This document shows, piece after piece, positions 18,643 to 27,093 of a stretch of 59,638 nucleotides of DNA. Every line of letters starts with the position of its first letter. Positions within the stretch are counted from its first letter, which is position 1. Location of the stretch: the NCBI GenBank assembly GCA_046484865.1, contig JAWOID010000098.1, positions 1-59,638 on the forward strand, read 5' to 3'. A program made the position numbers and the translations under genes. Source of the DNA: Candidatus Krumholzibacteriia bacterium (GTDB taxonomy: Bacteria; Krumholzibacteriota; Krumholzibacteriia; LZORAL124-64-63). The notes under the pieces are model-generated. The model was not told the origin of the DNA, did not search any database, and saw only the letters and a list, made by a program, of their open reading frames with translations.

Positions 18643-19567
18643 CGGACCGAGCGACCGGCGTATTTCCGGGGCCCCGCTGCCGGCCGCTGCCGGCCGAGCC
18701 GGGCCGGCCATCCGGTCCGATCGGGAGCGGCTGCGCCGACCCGCGCGCCGCTTGGCGGTCGCGGTCTGGACGGTCTTCTTCGCACTGTCGCCGGGGGCGG
18801 TGACGCCTGCCGCGGCCCTGGACCTCTTCACCCTCTGGCGGCGTCCCGAGGTCCCGCTGGCCATTCAGGTGGGCGCCTGGACCGACTACCGCACCATCCG
18901 CAGGGCGGCTGGACGCGTGAGCGACGAGATCGTGCGGCTACAGCTGGTCGGACGGACCGGCAACGGCTCCGGCGACTGGATCGTCGAGGTGCTGCCCCTC
19001 GTCGAGGAGGGTGACAACGGACCTCGCCGGCCGCGTCCCGGCGAGGGCGTCCGGCTGCACCTCGACCCGGCGGTGACGGCTCGCCAGGGCGACCTGGCGG
19101 ACCTCGTGCGCGACGTGATCCAGTGGCGCGACGGCGTGCCCCAGCGTCTGCGACCGGCGGAATGGCGCGATGATCCTCTGGTATCCGCGAGCCTCGCCGA
19201 CGAGCTGGAGGTCGGTCCGGCCGTGGAGCAGCAGGAGACCACGCGGGTGGTCCAGGGCGAGAATCTCCTCTGTCGCCAGTTCCTCTGGGCCGCCGCCGAC
19301 ACCCAGCGCGTGCGGCTGCCTCACGGTGAACTGCGGCAGGTGACCACGCGCGAGATCACCGCGGCCGTGCACCCGGACGTGCCCCTGCTCGGCGTGGTGT
19401 TCGCCGCCGAACGCAGCCGCGCCGAGTCGGAGATCGACCCTCCCAGCTCGCGCTTCCCGCCCCCGCCGCCCGAGGTGGAGGTGCACACCCTGGAACTGGT
19501 GGGCTACGGCCACGATGCACGACCCGCGCTCGGGCCCGCATCCGGCGGCGCGGAGGCCCCGCATTGA
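18611..19567 (+). CDS. Hypothetical exported protein
   Basis: Long ORF with host-like codon usage and a hydrophobic signal-like segment ending TPAAA-LDL. True start is probably downstream of 18611. Confidence 0.6.
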   Translation: MTPTGPGSLTDGPSDRRISGAPLPAAAGRAGPAIRSDRERLRRPARRLAVAVWTVFFALSPGAVTPAAALDLFTLWRRPEVPLAIQVGAWTDYRTIRRAAGRVSDEIVRLQLVGRTGNGSGDWIVEVLPLVEEGDNGPRRPRPGEGVRLHLDPAVTARQGDLADLVRDVIQWRDGVPQRLRPAEWRDDPLVSASLADELEVGPAVEQQETTRVVQGENLLCRQFLWAAADTQRVRLPHGELRQVTTREITAAVHPDVPLLGVVFAAERSRAESEIDPPSSRFPPPPPEVEVHTLELVGYGHDARPALGPASGGAEAPH

Positions 19568-19601
19568 GCCGGACCCGAAAACGTGGTATGATCGAGTGGA
19601 G

Positions 19602-20438
19602 ATGGCGAAAAACGAACTGATGCAGTTGCGCAATAGAGCTCACGAACTGCTGCGCAAGCAAGACCTGCCCCTGCCCACCCCCGCGGTGGCCCGTCACCTG
19701 TTCGGGCCGCGGCGCCACGAACTGCCCGAGACCCACGCGGTGGTTCGCACCCTGCTCGAGGACGATCCGCGCTTTTTGCAGACCCACGACGGCCGCTGGA
19801 CCGTCCGCGGCAGCCGCGCGGTCGATGTGCCGCTGGACGACCTCACGTACGCGGTGGTGGACCTGGAGACCTCCGGCTCGATCATCGGCGTGGACGAGAT
19901 CATCGAGATCGGCGTGGTGGTCGTGCGCGGTGGCCTGGTGGTGCAGCGGTTCGGCAGCCTGGTCTGGTCGCGCCGGCACATCCCGCCCTGGGTGGCCCGT
20001 CTCACCGGCATCCGCCGGCCGCTGCTCAGCGGGGCGCCCCGTTTCGAGGAGATCGCGCCCACGCTGGTCGGCCTGCTGGAGGGCGCCGTGTTCGTGGCCC
20101 ACGACATCCGGTTCGACCTGCCTTTCCTGCGCTGGGAGTTCGAGCGGCGCGAACTGGCCTTCCCTCCGGTGACGGGGCTCTGCACCCTGCGGCTCGCGCA
20201 GGCGCTCTGGCCCGAGCTGGGAGCCTGGAGCCTCTCGGGGCTCTCGGAAACGCTCGGCGTGGGGCACGATCATCCGCACCGCGCCCTGGCGGACGCCGAC
20301 GCCGCGGCGGGAATCCTGCAACGCTGCCTCGAGCGCGGCGCCGAGCTGGGACGCAGCCGTCTCGAGGATCTCTACCTCCTCGATCACGACCCCACGGTTC
20401 CCGGGCGCGACCTCGAAGCGCACGCCGCGGAGTCGTGA
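19602..20438 (+). CDS. DnaQ/PolC-like DEDDh 3'-5' exonuclease with N-terminal extension
   Basis: VVDLETSG, HDIRFD, CTLRLA and HRALADA. Upstream promoter-like TTGAGC-17nt-TATGAT at 19564-19592. Confidence 0.88.
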   Translation: MAKNELMQLRNRAHELLRKQDLPLPTPAVARHLFGPRRHELPETHAVVRTLLEDDPRFLQTHDGRWTVRGSRAVDVPLDDLTYAVVDLETSGSIIGVDEIIEIGVVVVRGGLVVQRFGSLVWSRRHIPPWVARLTGIRRPLLSGAPRFEEIAPTLVGLLEGAVFVAHDIRFDLPFLRWEFERRELAFPPVTGLCTLRLAQALWPELGAWSLSGLSETLGVGHDHPHRALADADAAAGILQRCLERGAELGRSRLEDLYLLDHDPTVPGRDLEAHAAES

Positions 20439-20525
20439 GATCGTGGATCGCGTGCGCAGGTTTCGTGCCGGGTCGCACCTCCTTGACACCCCGCGAGTTA
20501 CCGGCATTCTAGAGCTGTTAGCGGG

Positions 20526-20554
20526 TTGACGGCTGCGCCGAGATGGCGTAGAAT
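20526..20554 (+). promoter_or_regulatory. Putative sigma70 promoter upstream of the small Cys-rich ORF
   Basis: TTGACG-17nt-TAGAAT. A second candidate, TTGACA-16nt-CATTCT, lies at 20483-20510. Confidence 0.55.
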
Positions 20555-20664
20555 GCCCGCCATCGAGGAACCGCCGCGGCGAAGGAACTCAACCAGAGAG
20601 GTGTTCGGCCTGAGGAGGACGTGGTCGTCGGCGGGGACGCTGGACCGGTATCAAGGAGGAACCG

Positions 20665-20844
20665 ATGGTTGGCGTCAAGGGAGAAACGATCCTGGTCAAG
20701 GACGAGAGCTTCGTGAAGTACGAGCGCCTCCTGCTCAAGGCCGAGACCGAGGGGCGCATCGACGGGCCCTGCCGCTGCATCACCTGCGGAATGCGCTATC
20801 TGACCAAGGAGGAGGCAGAGAGCTGCTGCAAGGTCGCACCCTGA
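20665..20844 (+). CDS. 59-aa Cys-rich putative zinc-binding small protein (not in the ORF track)
   Basis: Strong SD AAGGAGG just upstream of the ATG. Translation is MVGVKGETILVKDESFVKYERLLLKAETEGRIDGPCRCITCGMRYLTKEEAESCCKVAP, with mostly G/C third positions. Confidence 0.75.
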   Translation: MVGVKGETILVKDESFVKYERLLLKAETEGRIDGPCRCITCGMRYLTKEEAESCCKVAP

Positions 20845-20905
20845 TCCATCTGCAACAGTACGCGGCGACGCGGCGCGAGGCCGGGACCTCCGCGAAGTTC
20901 ATGCA

Positions 20906-21748
20906 GTGAAAATCACCCAGTACTGCTCCGTCTGCAAGCAGAGCCTCGACATGGAGATCGTCCCCACCGGAGACGGGGACGATGACGGTGTCATCTGGCT
21001 GCGCTGTCCCCAGTGCGAGGGATTCCTGCCCAAGATCAGCGGCGAAGGCTTCCGTGGCGTCGCTCCCGATCCGGAAGGATCGGAGCGTGCCGATGAGCCC
21101 GTCGGCCGGACCGGCGAGGACGTCGAAGGCGGCCGGGCCTCCGGCGACGCCTCCGGTGATACCGTCGGCGACGCCGCGCACCTCCCTGGCCCTGGTCCCT
21201 CCAGCGACGATCAGCGCGACCGAGACGAGCGCGGCAATCGCGGCCACGCCGAGGACGATGACGCCGAGGATGGCGACGCCGAGGATGGCGACGCCGAGGT
21301 GGGACGCAGCGCGGCGGCGATGGCTCGCCGGGAACGCTGGGAGATCGCACCTGCCGGCGACTCGGCCTCCGGTGCGTCCGAGATCGAGCCGAGGGACCGG
21401 ACGGCGTCACCGCGTGATCGCGACAGGCCGCGCGATCGCCGCGATCGCGGCGCTGACGCCGGCGCGGCCGACCGGCCCGAGGACACCGGGGTGGCCCGCG
21501 GCGCCGAGGAACAGCGCCTGCAGGCGGAATGGGCGGCGCGACTCGCCGAGTGCGATCCGGGCGACGCGCAGCCATACCGGCCCTGGAACCACTACGAGGT
21601 GGGAGACCTGCTGCATCATCTCGCCTGGGACGACTGCGGACTGGTCGTGGAGAAGGAGACGCTGCCGGGCAGCCGACAGGCACTGAAGGTCTACTTCGCC
21701 GACCGGGGCATCGTCCGCTTCATCGAGGCCGACCGGAAGAAGCCGTGA
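20906..21748 (+). CDS. Hypothetical protein with N-terminal Zn ribbon, disordered linker and C-terminal SH3/Tudor-like domain
   Basis: CSVC...CPQC, an acidic/Arg-rich linker with AEDGD repeats, and C-terminal YEVGDLLHHLAWDDCGLVV...KVYF. Confidence 0.7.
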   Translation: MKITQYCSVCKQSLDMEIVPTGDGDDDGVIWLRCPQCEGFLPKISGEGFRGVAPDPEGSERADEPVGRTGEDVEGGRASGDASGDTVGDAAHLPGPGPSSDDQRDRDERGNRGHAEDDDAEDGDAEDGDAEVGRSAAAMARRERWEIAPAGDSASGASEIEPRDRTASPRDRDRPRDRRDRGADAGAADRPEDTGVARGAEEQRLQAEWAARLAECDPGDAQPYRPWNHYEVGDLLHHLAWDDCGLVVEKETLPGSRQALKVYFADRGIVRFIEADRKKP

Positions 21749-22788
21749 GCGAAGACACCGTGAGCGGAAGGCGCAGGTGCGGACGGCGCGGGTGCGGATG
21801 GCTGGGGCGTCGGCGACGATCCGGCGACGCCCCGCGAACATCGGCACGGACCGCGAGCGCGAGCGCGGCGGCGGTTCTGCTGGTCCTCGGCTTCAGCACC
21901 GGTCCCGTCACGGCTCAGGTGCCCTACCTCGATCCGCTGCCCTGGCTGCCCGCGTTCGGACGCGAGGGTCGACCCGCGCTGGAACTCGGCATCGGTCGCT
22001 TCCAGGACCCGTCCACCGGCTGGGCGGCCGGCCGCATCCGCCTGCAGGGCCTGCTCGGTTCCGGTCCGAACAGCGCCGCGTTCGTGCGGGTCTCCTATCT
22101 GAGCTTCGACAGCGACGGCTTGCGGGTGTTCGAGCGCTGGCCGGCCCTGCTCGCCCTCGAGGACGAGGATGCCGCCGCCTGGCCGCACGAGGACCGGGTG
22201 GCGGGACTCGGCCGGACCGAACTGGGCGTGCTGACGTCGCTGCGCGTGCCGCTGGTGCGGACGTTCCGGGTGGGGCTGGCCGCCGGTCTGCCGATCGGGA
22301 ACGAGGAGACCTACCCGTTCGGCGGCGCCAGCGTGCCGCTGCGGGTGGACCTGCGCAAGCAATGGACCCTGGGCGGGCGGGCCGTTCTCGCCGTGACGGG
22401 GGGCGGCATGCTGCACCTCGACTCGGCCGCCGACGAGCTCGATCCCGGCGCCTATCCCGGCGGCTGGCACGCCGGTGCCGATCTGGTCCTGAACTGGCGC
22501 GAGCGTCGTTTCCTGGTGGCGGCCTACGACCGCTGGAATCTGGATGGGCGCCTCTCCGAGCGCGTCGGCGGCGAGCTGTGGTGGCCTTCGGGAGGGTTCG
22601 ACGCGGTGGGACTGGTCGTGGAGCACGAGTTGACCGGACCGGACCACCGGGCGGCGCAGACCTACCTGGGGGTGGTGGTGAGGCTGGTGCAGCGCCCGGC
22701 GGCGGAAACGGATCGTCCCGCGGCCAGCGGAACGGTCGACTCCCCGCGGGCCGGCGAGAGCCGACCCGCGACGTCGCCTACTCCTTGA
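21745..22788 (+). CDS. Hypothetical exported, possibly outer-membrane beta-strand protein
   Basis: GTGA overlap with the upstream gene, signal-like AAAVLLVLGFSTGPVTAQ and alternating hydrophobic beta-strand patterns. Confidence 0.55.
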   Translation: MSEDTVSGRRRCGRRGCGWLGRRRRSGDAPRTSARTASASAAAVLLVLGFSTGPVTAQVPYLDPLPWLPAFGREGRPALELGIGRFQDPSTGWAAGRIRLQGLLGSGPNSAAFVRVSYLSFDSDGLRVFERWPALLALEDEDAAAWPHEDRVAGLGRTELGVLTSLRVPLVRTFRVGLAAGLPIGNEETYPFGGASVPLRVDLRKQWTLGGRAVLAVTGGGMLHLDSAADELDPGAYPGGWHAGADLVLNWRERRFLVAAYDRWNLDGRLSERVGGELWWPSGGFDAVGLVVEHELTGPDHRAAQTYLGVVVRLVQRPAAETDRPAASGTVDSPRAGESRPATSPTP

Positions 22789-23371
22789 GGATCGGGGCCA
22801 CGGCCTGGAACTCCTCCGTCTTCGCCTGCCGCAGGATCTCGAACATGATCATCTCCACGCCCATCGTCTGGACGCCCAGTTCCGACATGCGGCGCAGGCC
22901 GAGGTCGCGATTCACCGGCGAACGGGCAGTGACCGCGTCGGCCGCCACGGCCACCTGCTTGCCCTTGCGCAGGAGGTCGAAGGCGGTCTGGTAGACGCAG
23001 ACGTGAGCTTCGATCCCGCAGAGCACGATCTGGTCGCGTCCGGTGCGATCCAGCGCATCGTTGAACTCCCCGCTGCCGCAGCAGCTGAAGGCGATCTTCT
23101 CGATGGGCTGGAACGGATCGAAGAGCTGGCGCAGCTCGGTGATCGTGACGCCGAGGCCGCGCGAGTAGTGCTCCGTGACGAGGACCGGGATCTCCAGCTG
23201 GCGGCAGAAGCGGACCAGGCGGCTGCAGGCGGCGGTCACCGCGGGGCCGTCGTCGATGAGGTCACGGAATCGCTCCTGCATGTCGATGAGCACCAGCGCC
23301 GCCCGTTGCTTCTCGAGGCGCGGGGGGACGCTCCGGACGGGGCCGGGCTGGGCTGACTGGGGCTCGGGCAT
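22778..23371 (-). CDS. Isochorismatase-family hydrolase
   Basis: LIDMQE, TEHYSRGLG, KIAFSC and GIEAHVCVYQT. Confidence 0.9.
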   Translation of the reverse strand: MPEPQSAQPGPVRSVPPRLEKQRAALVLIDMQERFRDLIDDGPAVTAACSRLVRFCRQLEIPVLVTEHYSRGLGVTITELRQLFDPFQPIEKIAFSCCGSGEFNDALDRTGRDQIVLCGIEAHVCVYQTAFDLLRKGKQVAVAADAVTARSPVNRDLGLRRMSELGVQTMGVEMIMFEILRQAKTEEFQAVAPILKE

Positions 23372-23414
23372 GGGCGTATCCTCTCCTGTCACTCTGCTGT
23401 TCCTCGCGCTCTGC

Positions 23415-23948
23415 TCACTCGCCGAGCACGAACTCCCACGCGCAGAACAGATCGCCGGGGTGCGGATCGGGCGGGCAGGTGATGCAGCTCACCCGCAGGC
23501 GTGGATCGATCGTCCTGGCGAACGTCTCGTACTCCACCAACCCCACGCTCTTGCAGGGAAAGTCGGGCAGCCCCTTGCGCTGGCGCGCCAGCTGCACGCG
23601 GCACTCGCGCATGCGGAGGATGCAACGATCGGGAGCCGGCCGCTCGATCTCCTGGACGTTGAGATGGCTGTAGAGCCGGTACCGCAGGCAGGTGACCAGT
23701 GCGTCGATGCCGCCGCCGGGCTCCAGGCCCAGGCGCTTCATGATCCGGCGGGCCTCGATGGGCGAGAAGCGCCCCCAGGCGGTGGCGTCGTGCACGATGG
23801 CCACGGTCTGGCCGTCCCTGCTCTCCACCGACTGGAACCAGAGCCCGTCGTGAGCCAGCCACAGCTTGGCCGCGTCCTGCAGCCAGTTTAGCAGTTCCTC
23901 GCGGCTCATGGCGGCGAACGGATAGACCGCGGGATCGTTGCGATCCAC
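23415..23948 (-). CDS. DUF6125-like (V4R-related) Cys-containing protein
   Basis: WLAHDGLWF, CRVQLARQRKGLPDFPCK and CITCPPD...CAWEF. GTG start follows a GGAGG SD. Confidence 0.7.
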   Translation of the reverse strand: MDRNDPAVYPFAAMSREELLNWLQDAAKLWLAHDGLWFQSVESRDGQTVAIVHDATAWGRFSPIEARRIMKRLGLEPGGGIDALVTCLRYRLYSHLNVQEIERPAPDRCILRMRECRVQLARQRKGLPDFPCKSVGLVEYETFARTIDPRLRVSCITCPPDPHPGDLFCAWEFVLGE

Positions 23949-23959
23949 GAGCACCTCCC

Positions 23960-25327
23960 TCACTGTCGGCGCGGCGGCGTGTACCGGCCGCACGGGTCCA
24001 CGGTTGCAGCGTAGGCGCTGTTCCAGCTCTGCTCGAAGAACGCGTCGGGCACGGCGCAGGCACCTTCGCCCTCGAGGAAGAGGCTGAGGTTGCGCGACTC
24101 CCGGAAGTAGCCGCCCGACCAGTTCGACGTGCCCAGCCAGCAGCGCTCGTCGTCGACGGTGACGTACTTGGCGTGCTCCACGCGGGCGAAGGGGACGAAG
24201 CCGCCGCTCCAGGGCGGGATGCTGGTGAAGCGGATCTCGATTCGCGGCAGCACGGCGAGGCTCTGCACGTACACCAGCATGGACTCGCGCTGGGACCAGT
24301 CGGCGAGGATCATCTGCACATCGACGCCGCGGGCGGCCGCGCGCCGCAGCGCGTCGTCGAGTACCGCCCAGTAGCCGCCGTCACGGTCGGACGGATTGTA
24401 CGACAGCAGTTGCACGCGGATGCGCCGCCGGGCGCCGTCGAGCAGGTGCACCAGCAGGGGCTCGTCCCAGGGAACTCCCGGCGGCAGCGCCTGGGGCGGG
24501 CTGGCACCCAGCACGGCGTGCACCGTGTCGCCGGCAGCGGTGACCAGAGGGACCGGCGGCAGGGCGGTTCCCGGGCCCGCTGCCGGTTGCTGCACACCTT
24601 CGATCGCCTCGGCCGGCGCGGACGTCCGCGGCGTTCCGCCCGGGGATCCGGCTGCCGCTTCGGCGACGGCGAGCGGCTGGGCCCGGTCCCAGTCGCCGGC
24701 GAAGACGGCACGGAACCGGCGGGTGAGTTCGGGACTCTCCACCAGCGCGCCCAGCTCGTGGATGTGCATGAGCGCGCGCCAGTCCCAGTTCTGGCTGCCC
24801 ACGAAGAAGCGGCGGCCGTCCACCGCGAACGCCTTGGCGTGCTGCACCCCGCCCCAGAGCGCGCGGGCGTCGAGCAGGCGCACCGCGATGCCGGGGGCGG
24901 CGTCGAGTTGCCGCGCGATCTCTGGGTAGGTGCGGTGGAAGCCCCGGTCGGCCAGGACTCGCACGACCACCCCGCGGTCACCGGCGGTCTGCAGCGCGGC
25001 CAGCACCGGCTCCAGGGGGTCTCGTCCGGCGGGATCCTCGCTCAGGTAGAAGGCCAGGACCTCCACCGAGTCGCGCGCGGCGCCGAGCACGTCGCGCCAC
25101 ACGGCGGCGGTCTCCGGAACTCCCGGCAGGTCGAGGTCCGTCTCCACCGGCGTGCTCTCCACCCAGGTGAGCCGGCCGACATCCGCTACGGCAGGGGCGG
25201 CGACGACCCGGTCGGGTGCGGTGTTGCCGACCTCGCCGGCCGCCGCGGCCGGCGACGACCAGGAGAGGAGGAGACAGGTGAGCGCAGCGGGAGCGATCGC
25301 CGGCTGCAGCATGGCGAGAGTGCTCAT
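23960..25327 (-). CDS. Secreted phospholipase D superfamily protein (PLD3/K4-like)
   Basis: Two HKD motifs (HAKAFAVD...GSQNWDW and HAKYVTVD...GTSNWS), a signal peptide and a GGAGG SD. Confidence 0.88.
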   Translation of the reverse strand: MSTLAMLQPAIAPAALTCLLLSWSSPAAAAGEVGNTAPDRVVAAPAVADVGRLTWVESTPVETDLDLPGVPETAAVWRDVLGAARDSVEVLAFYLSEDPAGRDPLEPVLAALQTAGDRGVVVRVLADRGFHRTYPEIARQLDAAPGIAVRLLDARALWGGVQHAKAFAVDGRRFFVGSQNWDWRALMHIHELGALVESPELTRRFRAVFAGDWDRAQPLAVAEAAAGSPGGTPRTSAPAEAIEGVQQPAAGPGTALPPVPLVTAAGDTVHAVLGASPPQALPPGVPWDEPLLVHLLDGARRRIRVQLLSYNPSDRDGGYWAVLDDALRRAAARGVDVQMILADWSQRESMLVYVQSLAVLPRIEIRFTSIPPWSGGFVPFARVEHAKYVTVDDERCWLGTSNWSGGYFRESRNLSLFLEGEGACAVPDAFFEQSWNSAYAATVDPCGRYTPPRRQ

Positions 25328-25474
25328 GGGACCTCCAGGGAGAACGGCCGGGTCGAGGTTAGCACCGGCCGCACGGGCACGCCAGCGACGATGGAGCGGT
25401 CTGGTGGCGCCGATGCCTGTCCGTGGCAGGCGGCGGGGCTGGAGCCCGGCGGCGAGCCGACGTACCATGGAGGC

Positions 25475-26908
25475 ATGGACATCGTCCGGAGGCATGACGT
25501 CGCCGTGGCGGCGCTGCTCGGGGTCGCGCTCGCGCTCGCATTGCCCGGCTGCGAAGCGGACGACACTCGATACCCGCCGCCTGCCTGGCTGGTCCGCGCC
25601 GTCGAGCGGGACACCGGCGCGCCGGTGGCCGGCGTGAAGGTCGTGGCGCTCGACGCGCGCCACCGGCTGGCGGCGCCGCCGGCCGCCACCGGCGCCGACG
25701 GGACGGTGCTCTTGCGACTCGACGAGACGGCCGCTGCTCCGGTGCGGCTGGCGGTCTTTCCGGGGGACAGCCTGGTGGTGCACCAGCTGCCGCCGGCGCT
25801 GGTCTGGCCCGGCGGTGGCGCCGCGCCGGTCCGGCGACCCGGGCCCGGCGGAATCACCCGTGTCGCCGCACCCGCCGTGGCGGCGGCGCCCCCTGCTGCA
25901 ATGGCCTCCGCCGCGGCGACCTCCGCCGCAACGCCCCTCGCCGCGAGGTCCCCGGCCGCGAGGCCCCCGAACGCGGTGGAGGTCGTGCTGGCGCGGCGGG
26001 TGCAGGTCGGGGGGCTGCCGCGGATCCGGGGACACGTGGTGGATGCCACCTCCGGCGCGCCGCTGGCGGGCGCCTTCGTGAGCCTCTCGCCCTATCCCGG
26101 CGCCCTGCTCGGCCGTGCCGGCGTGAGCGACGACGTGACCCTCGCCGACGGCGCCTTCAGAGTGAGCGACATCCCGTTCCTCTTGGATCCCGGCTCGGAC
26201 CGGGTGCGGCAGGTGCTGCCGCTTCTGGTGACCCGCGAGGGATACCGGGCGCGGAACTGGACGCACGAGCCGGGCGCAGCTGCCGAGATCGACGTCACCG
26301 GAGCGGTGATCGCGCTCGAACCCGACGAGGGCGGTCCGGGCGTGCTGATCGGCCGGGTGGTCTTCCTCGACAACCCGGTGCCGGGGCTGGCGGTCGGCCT
26401 GGGCTCCATCGGCGAGATGCCGGAGGCGGATCCTCGCGACAAGACGGCGGTGGGCTGGCCCGGGCGGCTGGCGGTCACCGGATCCGACGGATCGTTCCGG
26501 TTTTCCGACCTGCCTGCCGGCGGCTACGTGGTGTATCCGGGCTTCCGGCCGCAGGACGGTTGGGTGTTCCCGGGCCAGCCGGCGGCTCGCGTCTACGCGG
26601 TGACGGGCGACGAGCCCACCGTGACCGACGAGTTGCGCGTGCTGAGGGAGGTGCGGCCGCTCGCGCCGCTCGGCCGGGTGCCGGCGGCGGAGCGCTTCGT
26701 CTGGACGGCGGTGGCCGTGGCCGACAGCTACGTCGTCTTTCTGGATGGCGACGAGATCGGCCGGACGGCCGCCCTCGAACTGCAGGCGCCGGAGGCGGCG
26801 AGCGCGCCGGGCTGGCACGCCTGGGACGTCGTCGCGTTCACGGCGGCCGCGGGCACCATCGGCGTCACCGAGACACCAGGCCGGTTCCGGGTGCTCGAGA
26901 CCCGCTGA
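25475..26908 (+). CDS. Putative lipoprotein with carboxypeptidase-regulatory-like (transthyretin-fold) repeats
   Basis: Lipobox LALPG-C and repeated G-x-V-x-D-x-x-x-G-x-P-x-x-G...T-x-x-DG-x-F motifs. Confidence 0.7.
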   Translation: MDIVRRHDVAVAALLGVALALALPGCEADDTRYPPPAWLVRAVERDTGAPVAGVKVVALDARHRLAAPPAATGADGTVLLRLDETAAAPVRLAVFPGDSLVVHQLPPALVWPGGGAAPVRRPGPGGITRVAAPAVAAAPPAAMASAAATSAATPLAARSPAARPPNAVEVVLARRVQVGGLPRIRGHVVDATSGAPLAGAFVSLSPYPGALLGRAGVSDDVTLADGAFRVSDIPFLLDPGSDRVRQVLPLLVTREGYRARNWTHEPGAAAEIDVTGAVIALEPDEGGPGVLIGRVVFLDNPVPGLAVGLGSIGEMPEADPRDKTAVGWPGRLAVTGSDGSFRFSDLPAGGYVVYPGFRPQDGWVFPGQPAARVYAVTGDEPTVTDELRVLREVRPLAPLGRVPAAERFVWTAVAVADSYVVFLDGDEIGRTAALELQAPEAASAPGWHAWDVVAFTAAAGTIGVTETPGRFRVLETR

Positions 26909-27093
26909 GGCGATCGCGGCCCCCTGTGACCCGGCGCGGCCACCCGCCCGAACCGGCCCGATTGCGTTCCGCGCCTCCCCTGACGATCTTGGGCGGCCGG
27001 TTTCCCGGGTGGAGCCGGCCGTTGCGGCGTCGCCGGCAGATCTCACCGGAACGGCGCGGCGCCGGCGATCGCGTGAACAGGACAGGGAAGACC

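Noticed and set aside
20620..20715. Alternative small ORF from a GTG after GAGGAGG
   Set aside because: It has poor codon bias and overlaps the better-supported 59-aa Cys-rich ORF in another frame.
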